From: the human T2T-CHM13v2.0 reference genome, Homo sapiens
Assembly (NCBI RefSeq): GCF_009914755.1
Contig: NC_060936.1
Length of the DNA: 64,000 nucleotides
Strand: one strand, 5' to 3'
Part shown: piece after piece, positions 30,615-50,205 of the stretch
How the letters are laid out: every line of letters starts with the position of its first letter
Numbering within the stretch: the stretch's first letter is position 1
Program-made: the position numbers and the translations under genes
The notes under the pieces: generated by a model
The model's input: only the letters and a program-made list of their open reading frames with translations
The model's database searches: none
What the model was told of the DNA's origin: nothing

Positions 30615-31469
30615 TTAACATTAATAATTTCCTCTGTGCTATCAAACCAGTTGTTATTACAGTCTGTTAGTTATATATTACCTATATTAGAACCCAGGCT
30701 AGTAAAAAACTTACTCAAATTTCTTTACATCCCCCTTCACAAGGAGGAATTCGATACAGTTCATTACACAGGGTAGGTACCTAACACGTCTTTACTACAG
30801 AAATATTTACATTTACCCATTAAAATGTCACAAACAGTTAATGGTTAGGCTAGGATTCACCTCTTCAAATGACAACATGAAAGGATTGGGAAGCTCTGAT
30901 GGCAGAAGAGAAGACACTAGATAAACTCTGCATTTGACCCAGAAAACATGTCAAATCCTATGATCTTGTCTAAAGTTCAACAATGCCCTGTAGCTATATA
31001 TTCTAGTGCTCCTAAGTTTTACAACCTTTCCTTCCTTTAGAAATATTCACGATGTGAATGCTGAGGCATAAATAAATAAAAGAAATATTCACTTGAGCAA
31101 ATAATCCACAAGAATCCTTTAAGAAGTAGTCTCTGCAGAGATTAGGGGAGACTAAAGAGACATAACTAAATGCAATGTGGTATCCTGGATTGGACAGTGG
31201 AACAGAAAAAGGGTATTAGTGGAAAAATTCACGAAATCCAAATGAAGCCTGGAGTTTAGTTAATAGTATTATTCCAATGTTAATTTCTTAGTTTTGATGA
31301 ATGTACCATGGTTATGTGAAACGTTAACATTTGGAGAAACTGGGTGAAGGGTAAACAGGAATTCTACACTGTCTTTGGAACTCTTCCGCAAATCCAAAGT
31401 TATTTCAAAATACTGTTGTGACTCTACTGTGAATTAAGGCAAAGAAGGATATATTAATCTAAAGTATTT

Positions 31470-33410
<1,941 letters not shown>

Positions 33411-33416
33411 CATGAG

Positions 33417-33728
33417 GGTCAGGCACGGTGGCTCATGCCTGTAATCCCAGCACTTTGGGAGGCCGAGGCAGGCGACCACCTGAGGTCAGGAGTCCAAGAG
33501 CAGCCTGGCCAACATGGTGAAACCCCGTCTCTACTAAAAAACACAAAAATTAGCTGGGTCTGGTGGCGGGTGCCTGTAATCCCAGCTACTCAGGAAGCTA
33601 AGGTAGGGTGAATTGCTTGAACTCGGGAGGCGGAGGTTGCAGTGAGCCAAGATAGCGCCACTAAACTCCAGCCTGCGCAACAGAGTGAAACTCTGTCTCA
33701 AAAAAAAAAAAAAAAAGAAAAGAAAAAA
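33417..33728 (+). mobile_element. AluSx/Sq
   Basis: Dimer with poly(A). Confidence 0.9.
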
Positions 33729-34090
33729 GGCATGAGGTATTGGATGAGATAACCAAGGGAGAAGATGATGACAGCAATCTATGAAATCACAAGATGCCTG
33801 ACAGGGCAGAAAAAAACTAGAGAAAATCTTATAACCTCAGTCATCCTAAGATTGGATGGACCTAGCAGTTCTCTAAGAAAACTGCATCCAAAGGAGTCCA
33901 CAGCACTCAAAGATCTTGGAAGATTTTCTGGTTCCCCTCAATTTAAAAATGTATGCAGCTAATCAAATGGCAGGTCCAGGATCCCTGAGATAGGAAACTT
34001 AGAACCAATATTCCACTTAAACATTCCACAAAAGCATTCCAAGTCCTACCAAAATAATTCAACAGCCATCACTCAAGAAAACATCCTTTA

Positions 34091-34286
34091 GGCTGGGCAC
34101 GGTGGCTCACACCTCACTTTGGGAGACCAAGGTGGGGGGATCGCTTGAGCCCTGGAGTTCGAAACCAGCCCGGGCAACATGGTGAAACCCCATCTCTACC
34201 AAAAATACAAAAATTGGCCAGTCTCATAACCCAGTCTCAAAATAAATAAATAAATAAAAATTTAAAAATAATTTTTTTTAAAAAAA
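34091..34286 (+). mobile_element. Short monomeric AluJb-derived element with its own TSD
   Basis: Left arm + ttggccagtctcataacccagtctc + A-rich tail; TSD aaaacatccttta at 34078 and 34287. Confidence 0.8.
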
Positions 34287-34597
34287 AAAACATCCTTTAA
34301 AAAATGCCCAACACAAAATCACATCAGTTTTTATTAAGAATCTCTTACATTTTTAAAACACAGAGTGATAAAAACTGCTATAATTGCCATATGAATAGCC
34401 ATGGCTTAAAATGCTGCATTCTCCCAAAAATGCACTTAGCACAACTGCACTTTTTTATTTTATTACTGCTTCCAGAAGAAGGATCTAGAAACTTTGTGTT
34501 ATACAAATTAAACACCATAGCACTATAAATCAATTTTAATGAAACTGAATACAACTGGACATGTTAACTAAATGAAAATATACTAGTCACATATCTA

Positions 34598-35021
<424 letters not shown>

Positions 35022-35729
35022 TCAAAACATTTTACTATATTCTCAATGGTATCCATTATTCCAACATAGTTTAAAACTCTCAGGTTTGAATTAACATTGC
35101 TAAAGACCTGAAAATCAAAATAAATCATAGTTGAATATGTCAGCACTGAAAAAATATTAAATTTTAAAAATAGAATACACATTTTCACGCTCTTTAAAAA
35201 TAATTATACTAAACAAAGAAGGGAAATTTGGCAAGTTAAAGCCATGTTCAGACATAATGAAAATTATTTAATGAAAAGAGTCTCCAAAGAATTTCCTTAA
35301 CAAAATAAGTACATTTACTTCTGAAAGCTTTAAGCCTTAGAGGAACCCAAGCCTGGGATCTCAAGTTTAAGTTGCTGCTATCAAAGTTGCCAGTGAGGTA
35401 ATCAGCTAAAATCTTTCTATTTCTAGTAATCAGCCAAGATTCATCTCCTATTTTACTCTAGGGATCTCAAAAGGGCTTTTAAATTATAATAAGAATAGGT
35501 AAAATTGAGAAAGGTCCGAAACACAAAAGGGAAGCAGAAACAGGCTAAGTAATTATTTTCAACACAGTTCATTATGCAGTGTTCAAAGAAATGCATGCTT
35601 TCCTGAATTAAAATGTTCTTAATACATTTAATATTAGGCATAATGTTGACTCAAAGTCTCTTTGGCTCTACACACATTACCTAACACTTTTATATCCTAC
35701 TACGAGTTAATAACTGTTCTTAGAACTAA

Positions 35730-36033
<304 letters not shown>

Positions 36034-36469
36034 AGCTCTAACTTGTATTAACTCATTTAATTCACATATACTATGGTAAAATGATTTTTTTTTCTGAGAT
36101 GAACTCCTTGGACTGACAGTAAGCACTATAGGTTTACTTTAGGGTTTGAGTCAGAAGTTACTTCCATAAGAAAAGTCTTTTAAGTCCTGATTCCTGGCAT
36201 CATGCTATTGTGGCTATAGTCAACCCAGAATTACATTCCTTCCAGAATGAATTGAAGAATCTCATTAAGTTCAAAATTCACTTAAATACTGACGGACCCT
36301 GCAACTTCCTTGATCCGCCCAGCAGAAACTGAGCTTATATCTCCATTCTACTCACTACAACAGAAAAGCTGGAACTGGCCTAAAAGTAAAATCAGAATAG
36401 AGAGATACTTGTAGGCTACTTATTTGGAGACATGAAGGTCTTCAGCCAGACCTTACAGAGAATTACTTC

Positions 36470-37370
36470 ACTTACTCAGGTAACGTTTATGGAGCCATTT
36501 CACTGTGCTGTGTACTGGAAATATAATAGAAAATAAAAAAATACACCAGGGGACAAAAAATAACAAATGCCTGCTCTCATGGAATTTCCAGTTTGGGGAG
36601 AAGACTGACATTAATCAAAGGAATGCAATTATGACTACATGGCTATAAACTGAGATAATTCTCTGAAGAAAGAAGCACAGTTTACTTAATGTTGATTAAA
36701 ATAAAGGGGTGGCATGGAGTACTCTGGGATGTCAGAGACTTCCCTGAGTGACAGATGCCTGACCTAGGACTTAAAGAATAATTAGTCATTAATTAGGCAA
36801 AGACTGGGGGATAGGGGGAGTAGGTAAGAAGCATTCCAAAATCAAAATAAGCCCAATGTGTCTGGAGGGCAAAGATACAGGAAGAGAGGGGAGGTTTAAG
36901 ACAAGAGGGTGGGCAGGGCTTGCTAACATATTTAGGCTCATAGACCTCAATATAACAGCAATGGAAAAATCACTGAGGTGGCTTTAAGTGGTGTAGAAGA
37001 GACCAGGCAGGGAGGGGGAAAAATTCTCATTCTAAAAAGATCATTCTGGCTTCACTATGGAGAACACAGATGGGAGAATGGTCAGGATAGACCTGTGAGA
37101 AAATTAGTGAGTTATATAGTAGTGAAATAGGGAGGTGGGAGAATGATAGAGAGAAGCAGGTAGATTTGAGACCTATACAGGAGATAAAATTGATGGTACC
37201 TGATAAGTTATTGAGGATAAAATTAGATATGGGGGAATTGGGAAAAATAAAGTATTCAGAACTTCTAAGTTTCTGGCTTTGGCAACTAGTTAGATTGTGG
37301 TACCAACTTGTTCAAAAACGGAAGGCTGGAAGAGGATCTGGTTTGAAATGAAAGCATGTTCCATCTCAGA
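36470..37370 (-). mobile_element. Degraded L2 fragment
   Basis: cctgctctcatggaatttccagtt, aaagatcattctggct and aagtttctggctttggcaact L2 motifs. Confidence 0.55.
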
Positions 37371-37718
37371 TATGTTGATGATTATTTCACTGGCTGAATT
37401 ATTTTGTACAATGAGAGAAAAGGTTCCCGTGGGACCAGAAGACCTAGGATCAAGTTCTGGGTTCAGACATTATAAACAGGACTCTGATTTTAACAAGTCA
37501 CAATTTGTAGGCATCGGTTTTCTGAGGCTTATTTCATTGACTTGGACTACATCACCTGCAGTTCTTTCCTAAGCTTTGGAGACTAAGAGCTTGCACAAGT
37601 CATTGGATAATCATCCTTTTGATCTGATTAAAGAAACTACATGTAAATAAGCTCACATTAAATATTGTGAGCTATTAAATATTGTTAAAATATGAATGCT
37701 TAAATTTGCCCTCCTATT

Positions 37719-37914
37719 ACAGCAGGCTCTCCAAATCCACAGTTCTGCATCTGAAGATATGACCAACTGTGGATTGAAAATATTTGAAGAAAAAAAAACA
37801 ATTTAAAAAGCCAATACAACAACAAAAAATACAGTACAACAAATAAAAAATACAGTACATGCTATTTACATGGCATTTACATTGTATTAGCTATTGTAAG
37901 TAATCTAGAAATCA
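37719..37914. mobile_element. MER2-like TcMar-Tigger fragment, truncated at the pseudogene tail
   Basis: ccaactgtggattgaaaatattt...ctatttacatggcatttacattgtattag...gtaagtaatctaga. Confidence 0.65.
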
Positions 37915-38634
37915 TTTTTGTTGTTAAAACTTATACTTTATTTTCTTGAATGTTTATATTATGCTTTTTGTCACTATCCATACTGTTTTTAAGCCTGAGC
38001 CACTGTGTGGTTTCAGCCTCAATATAATAATCATCCCCTCACTTTTAGAATTCCTTTTCCCTTATCACTTTGCTTTGTAAGGTTTCTATAAAACAAAGAC
38101 CTTGGAAAATCAACATTTCCTGTGAACTCAAGAGATTATGTAAGCAGTGCCCAAATCAGCAGGATTAGGCAGGTAAAAGCAGTTGGATGGCAGATACACT
38201 ATGATCTCTTTGACCACAATGTAGTTGTATGCATGTCTAAAAGGTCATACTGATTCACCATTAGAATAAAGATCACATGTAGGTTGACCAGGGAGGACTA
38301 TCCACAGAATTGTGTGAACTGTGGTAGGGGAGGCAGTATACAACATTCATGGATGAAACACCTAGCTAACTGCTTTCCTAAAAATTATCTATTGTCTAAA
38401 AGACAAACATCTAGGCTTTTTAGTGTTTTTTTTTTTTCCTTTAACTTATGAAGATTCAAGTCACTAATATGTTAGTTCTTCTGGTTTAAAATGAAAGTAA
38501 CTGGCTATGGTAATGTAGAGAAGACAGATGACTGCATCAATATTTAAGACTTAAATTTTGAGTTACCTCACCTTATAAAAATATATATCAATATACTAAA
38601 TACTCAACAAAGATCCAGGATGTACAGTATTTAA

Positions 38635-39087
<453 letters not shown>

Positions 39088-39446
39088 TGATATCAGGTCA
39101 GGCATTTCACTTTAAAGAACATAATAGTAACTACCTTACCACTGAATTTTTGTAGTAAGACGTTTTAAATCAACTTTGTCTTATGGGAATATTTTATATC
39201 TTGCACGAAGGAGCCACTGGTACTTAGACACCTAAAATTACTAGAACCATTAAGACTGAGGTGAAGAATTTGTATAGCCTTCCACCATTACAAAGAAGGA
39301 GTGATAGATACTTGTCCTCCTGGCAATATCAAATGCCGTTTCTTTGAAGTTGTTTTTCAGCCCTGGTTTGATGTAATGGTTCATCAGGAGGAGTTCTAGG
39401 TTATCTTTGCTGTCTCCTTTCCCAGCAGCAAGATGCAAAGGGGTCA

Positions 39447-39665
<219 letters not shown>

Positions 39666-39925
39666 TCACACTGAGGTAAGAAAGAAGCCACTCTGGTACC
39701 ACTTGCAAGTACTGTGCAGGGGTGTCCAGCCATCCGCCATCACTGCATGAACATCTGCCTCTTGTGCTATCAGCTCAGGGACCTAAGTGTCCACTGCAGG
39801 CTACTTAATGAACACTAGGGATAAAGATATACTCATGGCTTCCAGTCTGACCCAGCACAGTCCCAGTGGTGGTAGCCACAGGGGTGACTCTGTCACCCCA
39901 CCCCACCTCCAGGTGAATTAGCACA

Positions 39926-39992
39926 GAGAAAGAGAGAGAGAGAGACACACACACACACACACATATATACACATACACACACACACACACTC
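39926..39992. repeat. (GA)n(CA)n compound microsatellite
   Basis: agagagagagagacacacacacacac...cacac. Confidence 0.92.
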
Positions 39993-40380
39993 TGACTCAG
40001 TTTGTCTGGGAGAAAGTAAGCGAAGAGAACCAGAGTCTCTGCCTGGTAATCCAGAGAATTCATCCAGGTCTTATCCGAAACTACCAAGGTGGTAACTCTA
40101 CAAATCCGCAAGAACCACAGGTTACTGGGCTTGGGGTGCCCCCTAAGGCAGACACGGCTTAGATCTCAATACCCAAGTTCAAATACCTGGAAAGCCTTCC
40201 TAAGAAGAGTGGGTAAAAAAAAAGTCTAGACTGCAAAGACTACAGTAAATACCTGACTCTTCAATGCCCAGACACCAACAAACATCCGCAAGTATCAAGA
40301 CCATCCAGGAAAACATGACCTCACCAAATGAACTAAACAAGGTAGCAAGGACCAATCTTGGAGAAACAGAGATATGTGAC

Positions 40381-40795
40381 TGATATGGTTTGAATCTGTA
40401 TCCCCACCAAATATCATGTCAAATTATAATCTCCAATGTTGGAGGTGGGGCCTGGTGGGAGGCGACTGGATCATGAGGGTGGTCCTTGATGAATGGTTTA
40501 GAGCCATCCCCTCGGTACTGTTCTCCCGATAGTGAGTTATCGCAAGATCTGGTTGTTTAGAAGTGTGTAGCAGCTCTCCGCCCCTCTTCCTCCTGCTTCT
40601 AATCATGTGAGACGTCTTGCTCCCACTTTGACTTCCACCATGATTCTAAGTTTCCTGAGGCACCCCCAGAAGTCGAGCAGATGTCAGAATCACGTTACCT
40701 GTACAGCCTGTGGAAACATAGGCCAATTAAACCTCTTTTATTTATAAATTTCCCAGTCTCAGATATTTATAGCAATGCGAGAATGGACTAATACA
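40381..40795. mobile_element. MSTA-like solo LTR (ERVL-MaLR)
   Basis: tgatatggtttg...ggactaataca with perfect 5-bp TSD GTGAC (40376..40380, 40796..40800). Confidence 0.9.
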
Positions 40796-43239
40796 GTGAC
40801 CTTTCAGACAGAGAATTCAAATAGCTGTTTTGAGAAAACTCAACAAAATTCAAGATAACACGGAGAAGGAGTTCAGAATTCTATCAGAAAAATTTAACAA
40901 AGAGATTTAAATAATTAAAAAAGAACTACGCAGAAATTCTGGAGTTGAAATATGCAACTGACATATTGAAGAATGCATCAGAGTTTTTTAATAGCAGAAG
41001 GATCAAGCAGAAGAAAGATTTAGTGAGCCTGAAGACAGACTATTTGAAAATACAGTCAGAGGAGACACAAGAAAAAAGAGTAAGAATGAAGTACACCTAC
41101 AAGATCTAGAAAATAGCCTCAAAAGGGCAAACCTAAGAGTTACTGGTCTTCAGGAGGAGGCAGAAAAAGAGATAGGAATAGAAGATGTATTTAAAAAAAA
41201 AAGTTTATTCAAAGAAATAATAGCAGAAACCTAGGAAAGGTTATCAATATCCAAATATAAGAAGATTACAGAACACCAAGCAGATTTAACCCAAAGAAAG
41301 CTATCTCAAGCCATTTCATAATCAAATTCCCAAAGGTCAAGGATAAAGAAAGAATCCTAAAAGCAGCAACAGAAAAGAAACAATATACAACTGAACTCCA
41401 ATACATTTGGCAGCAGATTTTCAGTGGAATCCTTACAGGCCAGAAGAGAGTTGCATAACATATTTAAAGTGCTGAAGGAAAAAAACTTTTACCCCAGAAT
41501 AATTTATCTGGCTAAAATATACTTCAAACATAGAGAAATAAAGACTTTCCCAGACAAACAAACACTGAGGGATTTCATCAACACCAGATCTAGCCTAGAA
41601 GAAATGCTAACAGGTGTACTTCAATCAGAAAGAAAAGGACACTAATGAGCATTAAGAAATTATCTCAAGGTACAAAACTCACTGGTAACAGTAATTATAT
41701 AGAGAAACACAGAATAACACTGTAACTGTGGTGTGTAAATTACTCTTATTTTAAGTAGACTAAAAGATAAATCAAAAATAACTACAACAACTTTTCAAGA
41801 CACAGACAGTACAATAAGATATAAATAAAAACAACAAAAAGTTAGAAAGCAGGGGGATGAAGTTAAGGTGTAGAGTTTTTATTAGTTTTCTTTTTGCTTG
41901 TGTGTTTATGCAAACAGTGTTAGGCTATCAGTGTAAAATAATAGGTTATAAGATAGTATTTGCAAGCATCATGGTAACCTCTAATCAAAAAACATACAAC
42001 AGATACGCTGAAAATAAAAAATAAGAAATTAAAATCATACCACCAGAGAAGATTACCTTCACTAAAAGGAAGACAGGGAGGAAGGATGGAAGACAAGACC
42101 CATAAAACAACCAGAAAATAAGTAACAAAATGGAAGGAATAAGCCCTTGCTCATCAATAACAACACTGAATGTAAATGGACTACATTCTCCAATAAAAAG
42201 ACAGAGTGGCTGAAGGGATTAAAAAAACAAAAAACAAAAAAACAAGACTCAGTGATCTGTTGCCTACAAGAAGCACATTTCACCTACAAAGACACACATA
42301 GACTGAAAATAAAAGGATGGAAAAACACATTCCATGACAATGGAAATCAAAAAAGACTAGGAGTAGCTATACGTATATCAGACGAAATAGATTTCAAGAC
42401 AAAAACTATAAGAAGAGACAAAGAAGGTCACTATATAATGATAAAGGGGGCAATTCAGCAAGAAGATGTAACAATTGTAATTGTATATGGACCCAACACT
42501 GGATCCATATACCAGTGTTGGAGCACCCAGATACATAAAGCAAATATTGTTACAGCTAAAAAGAGAGACAGACCCCAATATAATAATAGCTGGTAACTTC
42601 AACATCCCATTTTCAGCGTTGGACAGATCTTCCAGAGAGAAAATCAATGAACATCAGACTTAATCTGTACCAAATGGACCTAATCAGACCAAATGGACCT
42701 AATAGATACATACATAACATTTCATCCCAAAGCTGCAGAGTACACATTCTTTTTCCTCAGCACATGGATCATTCTCAAGGATGGACCATATGTTATGTCA
42801 CAAAACAAGTCTTAAAACATTTAAAAAAACTGAAATAATATAAAGCATCTTCTCTGACCACAATAGAATAAAACTAGAGATCAATAATAAGTGGAATTAT
42901 TGAAAATTTTCTTGAAATAAATGATAAAGGAAACACAACATACGAAAAGCTATGGGATACAACAAAAGCAGTACTGAGAGGCAAGTTTATAGCTATAAGT
43001 GCCTACATCAAAAAAGAAAAAAACCTCAAATAAACAACTATTTAATGATGTATATTAAAGAACTAGAAAAGCAAGAGCAAACCAAACCCCAAATTAGTAG
43101 AAGAAATAATAAAAATCAGGCCAGGCGCAGTGGCTCACGCCTGTAATCCCAGTACTTTGGGAGGCTGAGACAGGTGGATCACTTGATGTCAGGAGTTCAA
43201 GACAAGCCTGGACAACTTGGTGAAACCCCATCTCTACTA

Positions 43240-43395
<156 letters not shown>

Positions 43396-44847
43396 TCATC
43401 TCAAAGTACAAAACAAAACAAAAAATAAAGATCAGAGCAGAAATAAGTGAAACTGAAACAAAAAAAATACAAAACTTCAATGAAACAAAAGGTTTTTTTT
43501 TTTTTGAAAAAAAAAATTGACAAACTGCTAGACAGACTAAGAAAAAGAGAAGACACAACTAAGTAAAACCAGAGATAAAGAAGGAAACATTCAACTGATA
43601 CCACAGAAATTCAAAGGATCATTAGTGGCTGCTATGATCAACTATATGCCAATAAATGAGAAAATCTAGAGAAAATGGATAAATTCCTAGATACTACAAC
43701 CTACCATGATTGAACCATGAAGAAATCCAAAACCTGAACAAACCAATAACAAGCAACAACATCAAAGCCATAATAAAAAATCTCCCAGTAAAGAAAAGCC
43801 TGGGACCTGATGGCTTCACTACAGAAGTCTACCAAACATTTAAAGAACGAATACCAATCCTACTCAAACTATTCTGAAAACTAGAGGAGGAGGGAATAAT
43901 TCCAAACTCACTCTATGAGGCCTGTATACCAAAATCAAAGACATATTACATATTAAAAGAAAAAAAATTACAGACCAATATCACTGATGAAAATTGATGC
44001 AAAAATCCTCAACAAAATACTAGCAAACCAAATTCAACAACACATTAAAAAGATCATTCATCATGACTAAATAGGATTTATCCCAGGGATGCAAGGATGG
44101 TTCAACATATGCAAATCAATCAATCTGATATATCATCATATCAACAAAATGAAGAACAAAAACCATATGATCATTTCAATGGATGCTTAAAAAGCACTTG
44201 ATAACATTCAACATCCCTTCATAATAAAAACCTTAAAAAAACTTGGTATAGAAGAAACATATCTTAATATAATTACACCATATATGACAGACTCTCAGCT
44301 AGTATCATACTGATGAGGAAAAAAAAAAACCTTTCCTCTGAGATCTGGAATACAACAAGGATATCCACTTTCACCACTGTTATTCAACACGGTACTAGAA
44401 GTCCTAGCTAGAGCAATCAGACAAGAGAAAGATATAAAGGGTATCCAAATTGGAAAGGAAGGAGTCAAGTTATCCTTGTTTGCAGATGATATGATCTCGT
44501 ATTTGGAAAAACCTAAAGACTCCACCAAAAAACTATTAGAACTCATACAAAATCAGTAAAGCTGCAGGATACAAAATCAACCTACAAAAATCTAGCATTT
44601 CTATAGGCCAATAGCAAACAATCTAAAAAAGAAATCAAGAAAGTAATCCCATTTACAATAACTACAAATAAAATTAAATACCTAGGAACTAACCAAATAA
44701 GTGAAAAGTCCCTACAATGAAAACTAAAACACTGGAGCAAGAAATTGAAAAGGACACAAAAAACTGGAAAGACATTCCATATTCATGGGTTGGAAGACTC
44801 AATATTGTTAAAATGCCCATTCTCCCCAAAGCAATCTACAGATTTCA

Positions 44848-45078
<231 letters not shown>

Positions 45079-46712
45079 TCAGGAGGCTGAGGCACAAGAA
45101 TCGCTTGAACCTGGGAGGCAGAGGTTGTAGTGAGCCAAGACTGTGCCACTGCACTCCAGCCTGGGCGACACAGTCAGACTCTGTCCCGCCCCCCAACCCC
45201 CCCACCAAAAAAAAAAGAAAAGAAGAGAAAAAAACAAACCTAAAATTTACATGGAACCACAAAAGACCCAGAATAGCCAAAGCTATCCTGAGGAAAAAAA
45301 CAAAACGAGGAATTTTATTACCTGACTTCAAATTATACTACAGTTAGAGTAACCAAAACAGGATGATACTGGCATAAAAACAGACACATTAGACCAGTGA
45401 AACAGTCTAATAAAGAATGCAGAAATAAATCCACACATTTACAGTGAACTCACTTTAGACAAAGGTGCCGAGAACATACAATGGAGAAAGGACAGTCTCT
45501 TCAGTCAATGGTGCTGGGAAAACTGGATATCTTTACGCAGAAGAATGAAGGTTGACCCCGTATCTCTTACCATATAAAAAAAAAAATCAAATGAAAATGG
45601 GTTAAAAACTTAAATTTAAGACCTCAAACTATGAAACTACTAAAAGAAAACATTGGGGAACCTCTCCAGAACACTGGAGTGGGCAAGGATTTCTTGAGTA
45701 ATACCCCACAAGCACAGGCAACCAAAGCAAAAATGGACAAATGGGATCACATCAAGTTAAAAACCTTCTGCACAGCAAAGGAAACTATCAACAAGAGACA
45801 ACCCAAAGAATGGGAGAAAATATTTTGAAACTACCCATCTGGCAAGGGATTAATATCCAAAATACATAAGGAAGCTCATGCAACTCTACAGGAAAAAAAA
45901 TCTAATCATCCAATCAAAAATGGGCAAAATATCTGAATAGACATTTCTCAAAAGACATACAAATGGCAAACAGGTATACGAAAAGCTGCTCAACATCACT
46001 ATCAGAGGAATGCAAATCAAAACTACAATGAGATATAATCTCATCCCAGTTAAAATGGCTTTTATACAAAGACAGGCAATAATAAATGCTGGCAAGGATG
46101 TGGAGAAAGGGGAACCCTTGTAGACAGCTGGTGGGAATGTAAATTAGTACAACCACTATGGAGAACAGTTTGGAGGTTCCTCAAAAAACTAAAAATAGAG
46201 CTACCATATGATCCAGTGATCCCACTCCTAGGTATATACCCAAAATAAAGGAAATCAGTATATCGAAGCGATATCTGCACTTCCACGTTTATTACAGCAC
46301 TATTCACAATAGCTAAGATTTGGAAGCAACCTAAGTGTCCATCAACAGATGAATGGATAAAGAAAATGTGGTACTTATACATAATGGAGCACTATTCAGC
46401 CATAAAAAGAATGAGATCCTGTTGTCTGCAACACCGTGGATTGAACTGGAAGTCATTATGTTAAGTGAAATAAGCCAGACACAGAAAGACAAACTTCACA
46501 TGTTTTCACTTATTTGTGGGAGCTAAAAATTAAAACAACTGGTCAGGCACATTGGCTCACGCCTGTAATCCCAGCACTTTGGGAGGCCAAAACGGGCAGA
46601 TCACAAGGTCAGGAGTTCAAGACCAGTCTGGCCAATACGGTGAAACCCTGTCTCTACTAAAAATACAAAAAAATTAGCTGGGCGTGGTGGTGGGCACTTG
46701 TAGTCCCAGCTA

Positions 46713-47172
<460 letters not shown>

Positions 47173-47192
47173 CTATGTATCCACAAAAATTA

Positions 47193-47750
<558 letters not shown>

Positions 47751-48422
47751 AGAGAGATTTCATACCAAATGGTTCATAAAGATGCAAAACTGCTACGTAG
47801 AGTTTCCATATGTTTTGTAACAGAAAATGTTAGGAGTAAGATGATGTGTGTGGTATCACTCCTTACACTCCAAGTCATTAGCTTGCTTCTTTGACAGTAC
47901 CTGCTACTAAGATCTGACTTTTTATAAAAGTAATTTATGCTCCTTGCTTGTCAGCATAGATACCTTTTCAAAGTTTTTATAAGGTAAGTGACTTATAAAA
48001 TTTTATCTGGAAAAAAACCCACTAGGCTGTTACGGAAGTTTAAGATCAAACATACTGTGCTACCATTTTGAAAAAAGGTGAGAAATTAGAAAAAGGTTAG
48101 TCCTATTAGAAATTCTCTTATAACGTTATGACAATCATCAAAAGTATAGCAGCATATAAACAAGTTGCTAGGAAAAAAAGAGAAAGCCCACAGACACTAG
48201 TATATGTAATTACTTAGCACGTAATAAAAGGAAAATTAGAAAACAGAAAGGGAATGTTTATTCAATAAACACAGACTGGAACATGTGGCTGGTTTTTGAA
48301 AAATAATCTACTCAGATCCTTACCCTACAGCAAAATAAATTCCAAGTATATCACATCTCTATCTACTCTCTATCCATAAGATACAAACAACATATAAAAA
48401 GTGATTTAAATTTACTAAATAT

Positions 48423-48720
<298 letters not shown>

Positions 48721-48809
48721 AAATATGTAATAAGTAACTTTAATACACATTAAAATACATTTTAAAAGTTAATTCATAAAAATATTTTAGAAGATATTAT
48801 CAATGTCAC

Positions 48810-49168
<359 letters not shown>

Positions 49169-49734
49169 TGAAATAAAAAGGAAAATATTAATTCAACTAC
49201 AAAAAAATTTAAATCTCCTGTGCATCAAAAGGAACACCACCAAAAGTGGAAAGGCAAGAATAAACTAATGAAAATATCTACAGCTTGAGACAATCAGACA
49301 TTATGCCCTCCTGATAGGATGCACTATGAACTATATAAAACCACTAATAAAATATTTATTCTTTCCCCCAAAGAATGTTGAACCTGAATCTAATTAAGAC
49401 TTTAGAGGAAAGTTCTTAAGAAATCCAGGAGATAGAGCAACAAGTTAACCACCAAGAAATAGACAATAAACAAAGAATCCAAAATATGGGACATTCTACA
49501 GGGAAAATAACCTAGTTTCTTGAAAAAATCAAAAGCATAAAAACAAAGGGAAGGGGAATCAGTTTTTAGACAATCGCCCCCACCACAGACACACAGAAGC
49601 TTCTCAGTCCATTCATAATAAACTAAAAAGTCCTTATCAGAGCCAGAGCCTACATCCTTGGGATTTTATCCTGTGAAAAAGAATCCAAAAAAACTAAAAA
49701 ATTCACGTACAAAAAGATGATGTTAGCAGCATGT

Positions 49735-50026
49735 TTTTTCATTTCCTTTCCTATTTATCTATTTTTATTTCTTTTTCCAACTTTTATTTTAGATACAGGG
49801 GGTACAGGTGCAGGTTTGCTATTTGGGTATATTGTATAATGCTGAGGTTTGGGGTACAAATGTTCCCACGTCACCCAAGTATTGAATATAATACCCGTTT
49901 TTCAACCATTCCCCTCCTTCCTTTCTCCTCCATCTAATAGTCCCCAGTTTCTGTTGTTGCCATCTTTATGTCTATGAGTACCCAATGTTTAGCTTCCACT
50001 TACAAATGTGAACATGTGGTATTTGA
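49735..50026 (-). mobile_element. 5'-truncated L1PA13-16-type 3' end
   Basis: cttttattttagatacaggggggtacaggtgcaggtttg...gaacatgtggtatttg; cagcatg(t/g)ttt flanks. Confidence 0.75.
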
Positions 50027-50205
50027 CAGCATGGTTTTAACAGTGAAAAATTATAAATGACAAAAGAATGTTAAGCAAATTAAGGCATACCCAGAATGTA
50101 ATATTATACAGCCTCTAAAATGTATGTAGTAATGAAAAGGATATATAATAATGAAAAGTACATATTTCAAATGTTTAGTGAAAAATCAGGATAAAAGGAT
50201 ATATG

